Source of the DNA: a bacterium | GTDB lineage: Bacteria; Patescibacteriota; Saccharimonadia; UBA4664; JBBRNT01 | Direction of reading: 5' to 3' | DNA length: 64,000 bases | Assembly (NCBI GenBank): GCA_043767845.1 | Contig: JAYUFZ010000018.1 | Location: 3,312-67,311, forward strand | Part shown: positions 16,273 through 25,162 of the stretch, one piece after another | Numbering within the stretch: the stretch's first letter is position 1 | Layout of the letters: each line of letters starts with the position of its first letter | Program-made: the position numbers and the translations under genes | The notes under the pieces: generated by a model | The model's input: only the letters and a program-made list of their open reading frames with translations | What the model was told of the DNA's origin: nothing | The model's database searches: none

Positions 16273-19266
16273 ATGGCACTACTGGAGGATGAGAAATTAG
16301 TTCCGGCAGACGACTTACCCAAGCACAGCAAGGGCGAAAGTAAGCTGAGCGAGTCAGTCTCCGACTCCGACGTTGATAGCCGTTTCAATGAATTAGCAAG
16401 CTCCACGCCGGCCATTTCCGATAACGAAGCAGCCAATCGCTACGCCGAGCAAACCGCCCCCGAGGATCAGTACACCAGTGATGGCAACGAACGCCCAAGC
16501 AGATTCCAAGGTACCGTAAAGAAGCTGCGGAAGAGGCGAGGACTACTCATTGGCGGCACTATCACCGCCGCACTGGTAGGTTTTTTAATATTTATCATCC
16601 TATTTCTGATCGGGTTTAAGCTCAACCACATTAAGAACCTCATGCTAGACTACGAGTTCGCGAGCTTTAATCGAGCTCTTTCTAAAGAAATGAACCACAT
16701 GATAACCGAGGACGCTATACTGTCCGAGGGAAGTGGCAGACTTCCTCAGATCGATACTCCAAGTCTAATTGATAAGCTGCGCGGCTACGACCCCGATACC
16801 ATCCTTCGTAATCTTGGGAATGCTGGAATGGAGCTCGATTTCGAGCCAGGTCGCTTGGGTGTCAAGGGTAAGTTAAGGAGTATCACCACACCAGAAGGTG
16901 AAGTCTACTGGCGCGAGGGGGCGGCGGGAACACCGCCGGCTAATGCAAAATCGCTATCAGACGGCGAATTCTTAACCAAGTATAAATCCACAATAGATAC
17001 TCAATTGGTTGATGAAAGAGGTTTTATCCGACGAAGCGTCTGGAAAGACCTTCGCGAGAATAGCGGCATCTCCTTCGCTAAATGGAAGGAATTCCTCGAG
17101 AAATTCAAGGCAATAGACCCTACACCAGAAGAAGCAAGAGCTACTTCACGAGCTGAGAATGACGCCACTATAGCCGACGGGCAAACCATCACTGGAGAAA
17201 ATGTAGACGGACTTGAGGAGGGTGCCAAGCAGGCTGCAGCCGATCATAAGGTCGGCCTGCTGGAGGAGGAGATTAAGCCCAGGTTAAGCGAGCGATTTGG
17301 GCTCGGAAGTAAGATCGCCACAGTGTCACAGGTAGTTTTCTATTTAACTGTTATATGTATTGCCCACGACATATATGCCTCCCTAGAGAAAATTATGGTC
17401 AATAAAAGTGATAGTCTCATGCGTGAAGCAGCCGACTTAAACACCAAGGCAGATCAGCAGAAATATGGTAGTGATCAAGTAACAACTGCCGCTATTAACC
17501 AATCGAATAACGAGTATGATGGCATGGAGGCAGGCGCGGCCTACCAAAGAGCAGCGGGCGAGCCAGTTGCTCTCGACAGTAAGGGTAACCCAGTCAATGA
17601 TCTTCCTGAAGAAGACTACCCCCAGCAAATCATAGGTATGAAGCTAAATGCTTTTGTTACCATCGCCAAAACCGCTGATACCGTGGCTACCGCTGCTGCT
17701 GCTGCTATTATTGCAGGGCCGGAAGCAGCGGCTGTCTGCGTTGCTTCTGACTTCCTGAGCAAAATACCCTTTATTGGACGAGCTGCTGCCTTCATAGCTG
17801 GACACACAATTTCAAAACTATGTAAAAACGCAGCTGATGTTTTTTATAGAGTCGTCTGTAAGCCAATTCTTGATCCTAGATTTCAAATTGGCCTAGCAGT
17901 AGCCGAAATTGGACTCGTCTGGCTTGATGGTGGCCTAAAGGCAGTACTAGCCGCATTTACAGAGGCACTACCTAGACTGGCGCTGCAATACGCCGGAACT
18001 GAGATCTTATTTGGGCATATTATCCCAAGCCTCATGGAAGATCTATCAGGCTTTCACCATAGCGGCCAAGAGACTGCTCCAACGCGTATCGCCAAGGTGG
18101 ACGCAGGCGATAATCTATTAAGAAACTCCACGGCAATGGCAACTGGTGCCCATAAAATTAGTACCAAGAAAGCCCTGCGCGACCAGGCGGTTGCCATAAA
18201 AGAGCGTCAAGATTCCATTCGTAAGCAGAGTCTAGCCTATCGCTGGTTCAACCTCGACAACAACTATTCACTTGCTACCCGCTTCCTGGTAGCAATTCCG
18301 ACCGGCCCACGGAGTATGATGGCAAAGATCAATAGCTTTACCGCCGCCATGCGCAACCCGTTTAGCATTGTGGCTTCATTGAGTACACCAGTTCAAGCCA
18401 GCATAGAGGACTACGGTCCAGAGGCACTCTACGGTATCCAACAATATGGCTGGGATGATACTGAGCTCGATCCGAAGGATGCAACTTTTAACTTTGATAC
18501 CAATACCCACTACGTGGAATCGAAGTACGAAGATTTGCAGAAGAAGTACGGCCAATGTTTCCAGGGCAAGCTCATTGATAGAGAGCTGAAAGGCGCCTTT
18601 GGCGACAGTAAATATGATAACTGTAAGGATGTGGACGCAAAAAGGTTTGGTAAGTACGTACTTGATTGTTACTCGGTAGAACAACTGCTCTCCCAAGGAT
18701 CGACGGACGATACCTATAATAATAGTGACTGTTCAGCGGTTGTGAAAGGCGAGAAAGGGGCTGACAGTACGCCCAACCCATCTAACGACGATACACCAGA
18801 CGATGCCGACATCGGCGCAGGAATTGATACTTCGAGTGTACCCTGCGCCGCAGGGACCGACGCCGGCATTCAAGAAACGTATCAAAAGAATTCCATTCAC
18901 CTCTGCACCGTCGGTGGCATTACCGTAAACGCATCTATCTCCGGCCAGCTAAATAGCTTGTTAACCAAGGCTAAAGCCGCAGGCATAACCCTCACTGGTA
19001 GCGGCTTCCGCAGTTACAAAACACAAATACAGCTCCGAAAAGATCACAATTGTGCCGATATTTACACGGCCTCTGCCAAGACTTGTAATCCGCCCACGGC
19101 AAGACCAGGTACCTCTATGCATGAGCAGGGCTTAGCAATAGATTTCTCGGGTATCGGCCAGCACGATCCAACAAACCCTAAATTCATCTGGCTCTCGGCA
19201 AATGCTGGTCCCGACTTCCAGAACTTACCCTCAGAATCATGGCATTGGTCGACAAATGGACGCTAA
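16273..19266 (+). CDS. membrane-anchored T4SS-associated cell-wall hydrolase, C-terminal peptidase M15 (VanY / D-Ala-D-Ala carboxypeptidase-like) domain
   Basis: Single TM (LLIGGTITAALVGFLIFIILFLIGF) after a ~95-aa cytoplasmic N-terminus. C-terminal 'FRSYKTQIQLR...GTSMHEQGLAIDFS' matches the M15 Zn-binding SxHxxGxAxD motif. Confidence 0.6.
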   Translation: MALLEDEKLVPADDLPKHSKGESKLSESVSDSDVDSRFNELASSTPAISDNEAANRYAEQTAPEDQYTSDGNERPSRFQGTVKKLRKRRGLLIGGTITAALVGFLIFIILFLIGFKLNHIKNLMLDYEFASFNRALSKEMNHMITEDAILSEGSGRLPQIDTPSLIDKLRGYDPDTILRNLGNAGMELDFEPGRLGVKGKLRSITTPEGEVYWREGAAGTPPANAKSLSDGEFLTKYKSTIDTQLVDERGFIRRSVWKDLRENSGISFAKWKEFLEKFKAIDPTPEEARATSRAENDATIADGQTITGENVDGLEEGAKQAAADHKVGLLEEEIKPRLSERFGLGSKIATVSQVVFYLTVICIAHDIYASLEKIMVNKSDSLMREAADLNTKADQQKYGSDQVTTAAINQSNNEYDGMEAGAAYQRAAGEPVALDSKGNPVNDLPEEDYPQQIIGMKLNAFVTIAKTADTVATAAAAAIIAGPEAAAVCVASDFLSKIPFIGRAAAFIAGHTISKLCKNAADVFYRVVCKPILDPRFQIGLAVAEIGLVWLDGGLKAVLAAFTEALPRLALQYAGTEILFGHIIPSLMEDLSGFHHSGQETAPTRIAKVDAGDNLLRNSTAMATGAHKISTKKALRDQAVAIKERQDSIRKQSLAYRWFNLDNNYSLATRFLVAIPTGPRSMMAKINSFTAAMRNPFSIVASLSTPVQASIEDYGPEALYGIQQYGWDDTELDPKDATFNFDTNTHYVESKYEDLQKKYGQCFQGKLIDRELKGAFGDSKYDNCKDVDAKRFGKYVLDCYSVEQLLSQGSTDDTYNNSDCSAVVKGEKGADSTPNPSNDDTPDDADIGAGIDTSSVPCAAGTDAGIQETYQKNSIHLCTVGGITVNASISGQLNSLLTKAKAAGITLTGSGFRSYKTQIQLRKDHNCADIYTASAKTCNPPTARPGTSMHEQGLAIDFSGIGQHDPTNPKFIWLSANAGPDFQNLPSESWHWSTNGR

Positions 19267-21049
19267 ACGGTATCTTCTCAACCTCACCATGATCGTCATG
19301 ATGTTCTCTTCTATGGTGATTACTCCAGCCGCTTATGGCTTTTCAGACGCAGATCGTAATGCCATGCTCAATGATAGTGTTTGGTTTGACTCCTCCAATG
19401 TTACATGCGGCACCAACTCCGGCGGTACTGCACCTGGTAGTGGCGGTTTATATAGCCCCTTCTATCCCACAGGAGCAAATGAAGCACAATTGGCACAGAG
19501 CATCGTAGACTACATCACCAAAAGGCAGCCGAGTTCTCCACTCATTCCACTAGCGGGGAGCTTCGTTTCGCTTGGCAAAGCAGCTAATGTAAACCCAGCG
19601 ATGGCTGTCGGCATGTCTCAGATTGAGACCTCTTTCGCGACTGCTGGCCACGCCGCACCCCCGCTCTATAATTTCTTTAATGTGAGAAATGGACCAGGGG
19701 GTACGTTTGGTAGTATGCCCGGCTACATTGGGGCACTACAGAACTACTATGATCTGATTAGTGGTCCTGTTTACCTGAGCCCACCAACAAGCTTCACAAC
19801 GGTAAATGAGATCGTAAATAAATATGCACCACTCGGTGATGGCGCCAATGACCCCACAGCCTACACGAACGTAGTGAATAATGCTATGAAGGACATCCTT
19901 GGTGGAGCCGGCGCAACTGCCGCAAGCGGGTCGGCTGACACAGGCGCTACCACCAGCGGTACACTTACGAGCCTGCCCACGAGCGTCCCGGAACCATACC
20001 GCACCCTGTTTCCGAAAGCAGCCCAAGCCTTCAATATGGATCTTGGGATATTAACTACCATATTTTATACGGAGAACCGCGGGTTCCCCAATCCACCACC
20101 ACCCTATGGGACGGGACGTGCATGGAGAACATCGTCAGCTGGTGCGCAGGGTCCATTCCAGTTTGTGCCGGGTACCTGGGCAGGACAGGTCGCTGCTGTG
20201 AAAACGGCACTAGGCAAAACCAGCGTGGACATCCTTGATCTCACCGATGCCGCCTATGGCGCGGCACACTTCCTGGAATCGCTTGGTGGTACAGCTGGTA
20301 TTCCACTGGGCAGCAAAGATAACCCCAAACAACGGCCAAGCGTTATCGATGTATTCGCATCATATAATGGAGGCCCGGGCTATCCCGTACCTTTAGTCGC
20401 CGAGACATCACAGTACATCGATATTGCCACGAAGTTCTACCTTGCACTCACTGGTGGCAGTCTCGGCACGACCCCGACTATTTGTGGGGGCGGGGGCGGC
20501 GGTATAGGAATTGGCACCGATGGCTTTGTCTTTCCACAACGAACCACCAAATCGGCCCTGAAAGCCGCCGGCTTCAATGTAAATTGTGTAAATACGGGTC
20601 CAATTGGCCAATGCCATCACGATTATCTAGCAGCTGATATCTTCAATTCGACCGGAACACCCGTGGTAGCAGCTCGCCCAGGAAGAGTAGTCTCGGCGCA
20701 TGACGGCGGTAATATCAGTACAGGTGGCGGATCAATCGGTATGACCGTCCGAATCTATAGCGACACAGCGTTGGGAGGCGATGGGCTTTGGTATTACTAT
20801 GCCCATATGCTTAAGCCACAAGAATCACCAGCTGGTGGGCTCAAGGTAAAAGACGGCGATATCGTGACTGCTGGTCAGGATTTGGGTGTCGTAGGGACCG
20901 ATGCCGATGCCGAGGGCACGCCATCACACACCCATTTCGATGTGAGCCCCGTAGAAAATAGCTTCCATCGTGGCCACGACGGGAGTGCCGGGCCGCTACT
21001 CGACCCCTATCCAGCTCTAAGAGCAAGTTATGCTAACTTACCGGATTAA
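19256..21049 (+). CDS. bifunctional peptidoglycan hydrolase: lytic transglycosylase (SLT) + M23 (LytM) peptidase
   Basis: Start at ATG 19256 (signal peptide MDAKRYLLNLTMIVMMFSSMVITPAAYG), overlapping the upstream stop. SLT motifs 'YTENRGF...GPFQFVPGTW...AAYGAAHFL'. M23 motifs 'HHDYLAADIF' (HxxxD) and 'HTHFDV' (HxH). Confidence 0.7.
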   Translation: MDAKRYLLNLTMIVMMFSSMVITPAAYGFSDADRNAMLNDSVWFDSSNVTCGTNSGGTAPGSGGLYSPFYPTGANEAQLAQSIVDYITKRQPSSPLIPLAGSFVSLGKAANVNPAMAVGMSQIETSFATAGHAAPPLYNFFNVRNGPGGTFGSMPGYIGALQNYYDLISGPVYLSPPTSFTTVNEIVNKYAPLGDGANDPTAYTNVVNNAMKDILGGAGATAASGSADTGATTSGTLTSLPTSVPEPYRTLFPKAAQAFNMDLGILTTIFYTENRGFPNPPPPYGTGRAWRTSSAGAQGPFQFVPGTWAGQVAAVKTALGKTSVDILDLTDAAYGAAHFLESLGGTAGIPLGSKDNPKQRPSVIDVFASYNGGPGYPVPLVAETSQYIDIATKFYLALTGGSLGTTPTICGGGGGGIGIGTDGFVFPQRTTKSALKAAGFNVNCVNTGPIGQCHHDYLAADIFNSTGTPVVAARPGRVVSAHDGGNISTGGGSIGMTVRIYSDTALGGDGLWYYYAHMLKPQESPAGGLKVKDGDIVTAGQDLGVVGTDADAEGTPSHTHFDVSPVENSFHRGHDGSAGPLLDPYPALRASYANLPD

Positions 21050-21052
21050 CTT

Positions 21053-22270
21053 ATGAAGAATATACGAAAAATTGGGATTTTCATCGCACTAGGACTCTTA
21101 TTAACCATCGGTTTGAACGTTTTTATTAACTACCTTTCTACTGGTAGCCTGATTGTCGAAGTAAACATTAAAGATTCCGTTGTGGTAGTACAGAAGGTCG
21201 GCGAAAAAACGACGAGTACGTTCAAGGCTGGCTCCTCTAAACGCCTGAAAGCCGGTAGCTACCTAGTTATTGCTACAGCCAATGGACTTCAGACAAGTGG
21301 CAAGGTAGATGTACGTCGCTTAAAAGACTCCTTATTGAGCCTTACACTAATACCACTTCTAGAGCCTATCAAACTTGCCAGCTACCCAGCGCGAGATCTG
21401 CATTTACTAGGCAATGGTGACATAATATTTGTGAATACTGAATTTAGCGAATTGGAACGCCTACCGAGTGGCCAATCCCAGATGCAGCCATATCTAAGTA
21501 GTTTTTATCAAATCCATGATGCGACCTGGCTAAACGAAACCCAGGCGCTCGTTACAGACATGAGGAATAATCCGTTCTTACTACAATCAGGTAAGATTTC
21601 ACTCATCACACTTGAAGCACCGGGCCTTATTAACGGCGTAATAGACCCGGACAGACTTATTCTCAACGAATTCGGACACATTATCTTCAACTACAACGAT
21701 AATTACTATCTTAAGACATCAGCCGCTACACCAAGTAGCGTTATCTCTTTTGTTACTAGTAATAGTGATGTGGCTGTTTCGGCAGACGGGAAGGTACTTC
21801 ACTACCCAAAATATAGCGGCAGCGAAGGTGGCAAAACCGATGCAAAGAAAATTGCATATGGCGTAACTAACTTAGCTGGAAAACAACTGCCAAACATGGT
21901 AGCAAAAAACGGCGTAGTAGGTTCGGCTAGCTGGTCACGAGATAGCCAGAAGGTCGCCTATTCTGACAACTCCGGTCTCTATGTCTACAACTTTGGCTCA
22001 CAGACAAATACTCAGATTGTTGCTTATGAGGTTCCCTTGGCAAAAACTCTTACTTGGCTGGATGATAATAGTTTAATTTATGCCTACAAGAACCAAATAT
22101 GGAAGGCAAGTGTTAAAGAACAAGCCACTACTGCCATTGCTAACTTTAAAGGGAGTATTAATCCCTTCCATGCCTTTAGTGTAAGCGCCGACGGAAAAAC
22201 CGTCTATTTCGCCACCGAATCACTCGACCCACTCCACCCAGGCTCAATCTATAGCCTAAGCCTGAAGTAG
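21053..22270 (+). CDS. N-terminally membrane-anchored protein with TolB/PD40-like beta-propeller repeats; last gene of T4SS locus
   Basis: TM 'IGIFIALGLLLTIGLNVFINYL'. Repeated 'DG...VYFA/YSDNSGLYVY' beta-strand-rich units. 4 nt after the upstream stop. Confidence 0.4.
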   Translation: MKNIRKIGIFIALGLLLTIGLNVFINYLSTGSLIVEVNIKDSVVVVQKVGEKTTSTFKAGSSKRLKAGSYLVIATANGLQTSGKVDVRRLKDSLLSLTLIPLLEPIKLASYPARDLHLLGNGDIIFVNTEFSELERLPSGQSQMQPYLSSFYQIHDATWLNETQALVTDMRNNPFLLQSGKISLITLEAPGLINGVIDPDRLILNEFGHIIFNYNDNYYLKTSAATPSSVISFVTSNSDVAVSADGKVLHYPKYSGSEGGKTDAKKIAYGVTNLAGKQLPNMVAKNGVVGSASWSRDSQKVAYSDNSGLYVYNFGSQTNTQIVAYEVPLAKTLTWLDDNSLIYAYKNQIWKASVKEQATTAIANFKGSINPFHAFSVSADGKTVYFATESLDPLHPGSIYSLSLK

Positions 22271-22271
22271 C

Positions 22272-22538
22272 CTACAAACTCCTCACCGAAATCGCAATCC
22301 GCTCGATGGCCGGATCCCAGGACTTGATTTCGTTTTGCTTAAAACGCAGCTCACTGGATAGGGAAGCGTTAGGGGTAATAATACGCAGGACACCTTTTTG
22401 CAGACTCAATACCCTGGTGGCCCCGGGGTAGCGGCGGTCGAGCTTAGCCTGGATGTCGCCGAGAATATCTTGGCGCTCCATGCCCAGATCGAGCTGCTTG
22501 CGCTTTAAGTAATCACCGAGATTGTTCATTTTATTCAT
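22272..22538 (-). CDS. DUF721-like small protein (conserved recF-downstream gene)
   Basis: Start moved to ATG 22538 (MNKMNNLGDYLKRKQLDLGMERQDILGDIQAKL...), overlapping the recF stop by 8 nt. Position and size fit the DUF721 protein that usually follows recF. Confidence 0.45.
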   Translation of the reverse strand: MNKMNNLGDYLKRKQLDLGMERQDILGDIQAKLDRRYPGATRVLSLQKGVLRIITPNASLSSELRFKQNEIKSWDPAIERIAISVRSL

Positions 22539-23604
22539 GGTTGAGGCTCGTTTCAATGCGTTTATAGTCGGTCGGGATGTCGGCCAGGATATGGTCGGCG
22601 TCGGTGGTGGTAATAATAGTCTGGTAACCGGTGAGCCTAGAAACCAGAAAAGCCCGCCTAGAACTATCGAGCTCGCTAAATACATCGTCAAGCAATAGGA
22701 TCGGTTTACTCTCCAGGTGCTGCTCCATATAGGCAATCTCGGCCAGCTTCATGGCGAGCACGGCCGTACGGGCCTCGCCGCGGGAGGCCAAGTTGGTAAT
22801 GTCATTATTACGAAAAGCCACCTTAAAGTCCTCACGGTGTGGGCCGATGGTGGTGAAGCCAATGGCCATATCGCGGGCAAGGTTGGTCTCCAGCGCCCTT
22901 AGAAAGCTCGCAGCGTAGTCCCCAGTATCAACACTAGCGCTATAGCTGAGAGCAAAGTCGAGCTGCTCGCCGGCTATCTCGCCATAGTGCACCGGAATAG
23001 CCTTGTTGAGGTATTCGATGAGCGCTAGCCTGGCCTCATAGAGCTTGGCTGCAGCAGCCGTCAGCTTCACGTCCCAGGCAAAGATCTGCGAGCGAATCTG
23101 GCCCTCATCAAAACCATCAAGTAGGCTATTGCGCTGTTTGAGCACCCGCCGATATTCAGCCAAAGTCTTAAAATACTCTCTGTCGGTCTGCGACAAAATA
23201 CTATCTAAGTACTGACGGCGACCACTCGGCGCGCCGCTCAGTAGCAAAAGATCATTTGGTTCAAACAACGTCACACCCACGGTGCCAATGTGCTGCACCA
23301 GACTACGCCTTACGCCGCCGTGACTGACGCGCTTTACCAGGCTGCCATCGAGCAAGCCATAGCCAAAACTCAGGTCGGTAGCAGCCGATGACGCCTCGAT
23401 TCGGAAAAAATCCTGATCGTGCGCCACCAGGGCTGGATCCTTGGCGCGAAAAGACTTGGTAATCGCTAAAACGTAGATTGCTTCTAGTAGATTAGTTTTA
23501 CCGCTAGCATTGGGCCCTACAACAACGGTAATACCTTTGCCCAGCTCAAATCTTTGCTCCTTATAAGACCGGAAGTTTACTAGTTTTAGGGAATTTATAA
23601 CCAT
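22531..23604 (-). CDS. recF: DNA replication and repair protein RecF
   Basis: 'MVINSLKLVNFRSYKE...VVVGPNASGKTNLLEAIY' (Walker A) plus an SMC-like C-terminus 'ILLLDDVFSELD'. Confidence 0.9.
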   Translation of the reverse strand: MVINSLKLVNFRSYKEQRFELGKGITVVVGPNASGKTNLLEAIYVLAITKSFRAKDPALVAHDQDFFRIEASSAATDLSFGYGLLDGSLVKRVSHGGVRRSLVQHIGTVGVTLFEPNDLLLLSGAPSGRRQYLDSILSQTDREYFKTLAEYRRVLKQRNSLLDGFDEGQIRSQIFAWDVKLTAAAAKLYEARLALIEYLNKAIPVHYGEIAGEQLDFALSYSASVDTGDYAASFLRALETNLARDMAIGFTTIGPHREDFKVAFRNNDITNLASRGEARTAVLAMKLAEIAYMEQHLESKPILLLDDVFSELDSSRRAFLVSRLTGYQTIITTTDADHILADIPTDYKRIETSLNHE

Positions 23605-23776
23605 CTTTTGCCTACATTAACCCCACCTATTCCCATCGATCGTCATCTCGACCAGAGTGGAGAGATCTATCTAAGTCCTTGATTAGCTTCATCGTGAATA
23701 TCTATCATTAGATCTCTCGGCTACGCTCGAGATGACGATCGAGGAGCCCAAACAAAAGAGCGTCTGCTGCGAGCGA

Positions 23777-24889
23777 TTACGTCCGCAGCGGCATGATAAT
23801 GTGCAGGTAATCATGGGTGGCGTCCTTACCAGCTGGCGTCAGTACGCAGGGGTTAAGCTTGCCGCTGACCGAGAAATTGACGATGGGGGATTTAAGCGCC
23901 GAGAGGGCGTCGGCTAAAAACTTGGCATTGAGTGACACCTCGGCATCACCACCAGACACTTCACACTCGGCACTCGAGGTATTCTCGCCGACCTGAGAGG
24001 CACTGGTAATAATACTTACCTGGCCCTCGGCCTGCACTTGCAGCCGCATGCTTCCGGCATTTTCCCGGGCAAATAGGCTAGCTATTTTGGTGATCCGGCT
24101 AAACTCACTGGTTCCAATCTCAAAACTTGTCTCGGCCTTGTCTGGAATAATCTGTTTGTAATTCGGGAATTGGCCGTCGATCAGCCGTGAGGTGAGCTCA
24201 ATACCATTAATCTCAAACATCACCTGGTTGTCGCTAGTGAAAACCTTAAGGTCACCTTCGTTGTCGGCTAGGATGCGGGCTAATTCCTGCATGGTGCGGG
24301 CCGGAACGATGACCGATAGTTTGGTATCGGCCTTCATACTGGCCAGCTTAAGCTTCTTCTCGGCCAAGCGGTAGCTATCGGTCGCTACAATCACTAAGTC
24401 TCCGGCCTCGACATACATATAGACCCCAGCTAGAACTGGCCGAGCCTCATCGAGCGAGGCGGCGATCACCACTTGTAAAAGCGCGTCACGGAACAGTCCG
24501 GAGGCGATAGTCAGTACGGCTTGGGACTTAATCTGTGGAATCAACGGGAACTCGTCGCTAGCTATGCCGTTAATCTGCGAGCGGTAGTGAGGTGACTTTA
24601 CAGTCAAGATTGCATCTTCACTGGAGAGTTCAATACTGCCGCTGGGTAGGCTAGTGACAAAATCGGTGAATAAGCGGGCAGGGACAGTGACCGAACCTTC
24701 GGAGTTCGTCTTACAGCCAATCCAATAAGTAATGCCGATTTCTAGGTTGGTAGCCGCTAGCTTAAGCCGGTTCGAATCAGTAGCCAGCAAGACATTACTC
24801 AGTACCGGCAGACTACTGCGTGAGCTCACAACTCGACCTACGACGCCAAGAGCTTTAGCTAGATTTTCTTGAGTTACACTGAGATTCAA
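23777..24889 (-). CDS. dnaN: DNA polymerase III beta sliding clamp
   Basis: 'MNLSVTQENLAKALGVVGRVVSSRSSLPVLSNVLL', 370 aa, three-domain length, between dnaA and recF. Confidence 0.9.
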   Translation of the reverse strand: MNLSVTQENLAKALGVVGRVVSSRSSLPVLSNVLLATDSNRLKLAATNLEIGITYWIGCKTNSEGSVTVPARLFTDFVTSLPSGSIELSSEDAILTVKSPHYRSQINGIASDEFPLIPQIKSQAVLTIASGLFRDALLQVVIAASLDEARPVLAGVYMYVEAGDLVIVATDSYRLAEKKLKLASMKADTKLSVIVPARTMQELARILADNEGDLKVFTSDNQVMFEINGIELTSRLIDGQFPNYKQIIPDKAETSFEIGTSEFSRITKIASLFARENAGSMRLQVQAEGQVSIITSASQVGENTSSAECEVSGGDAEVSLNAKFLADALSALKSPIVNFSVSGKLNPCVLTPAGKDATHDYLHIIMPLRT

Positions 24890-24896
24890 GTTTTCC

Positions 24897-25162
24897 TCAC
24901 ATTTCTTTCTTTATTATAGTTAATTTATGAAGTAGGTATAGTTGTAGTGCTTGTGGATAGTGCGCATAACTACGTTTCATGGCTTGAGGTTGGTATAAAG
25001 TAGGAATTATGGTTGTGGTTAAAGCGGGGACGGCCTGCGGGCAAATTGAGCATAAGCGTGATGCTTTCCCCAGAGGTCTGCACAGCACGGTTGTCAAACC
25101 TCGTACTTACACCCATCTTTGGCACACCTTTTCCATACACTTCCCCCACACTTATCCCCTAC
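24897..25162. promoter_or_regulatory. dnaA-dnaN intergenic origin element: AT-rich tract (24897-24945, candidate DNA unwinding element) plus DnaA-box-like 9-mers (TGTGGATAG 24951-24959; TTATCCCC 25151-25158)
   Basis: Read directly. The arrangement mirrors the bipartite B. subtilis oriC, which has boxes on both sides of dnaA. Confidence 0.45.

Noticed and set aside
3815-22270. Interpretation of the T4SS block as an integrative conjugative element or prophage
   Set aside because: No integrase, recombinase, relaxase, coupling ATPase, flanking att repeats or tRNA at the boundaries. GC and codon usage match the neighbouring housekeeping genes. It sits between hsp20/comF and recF.
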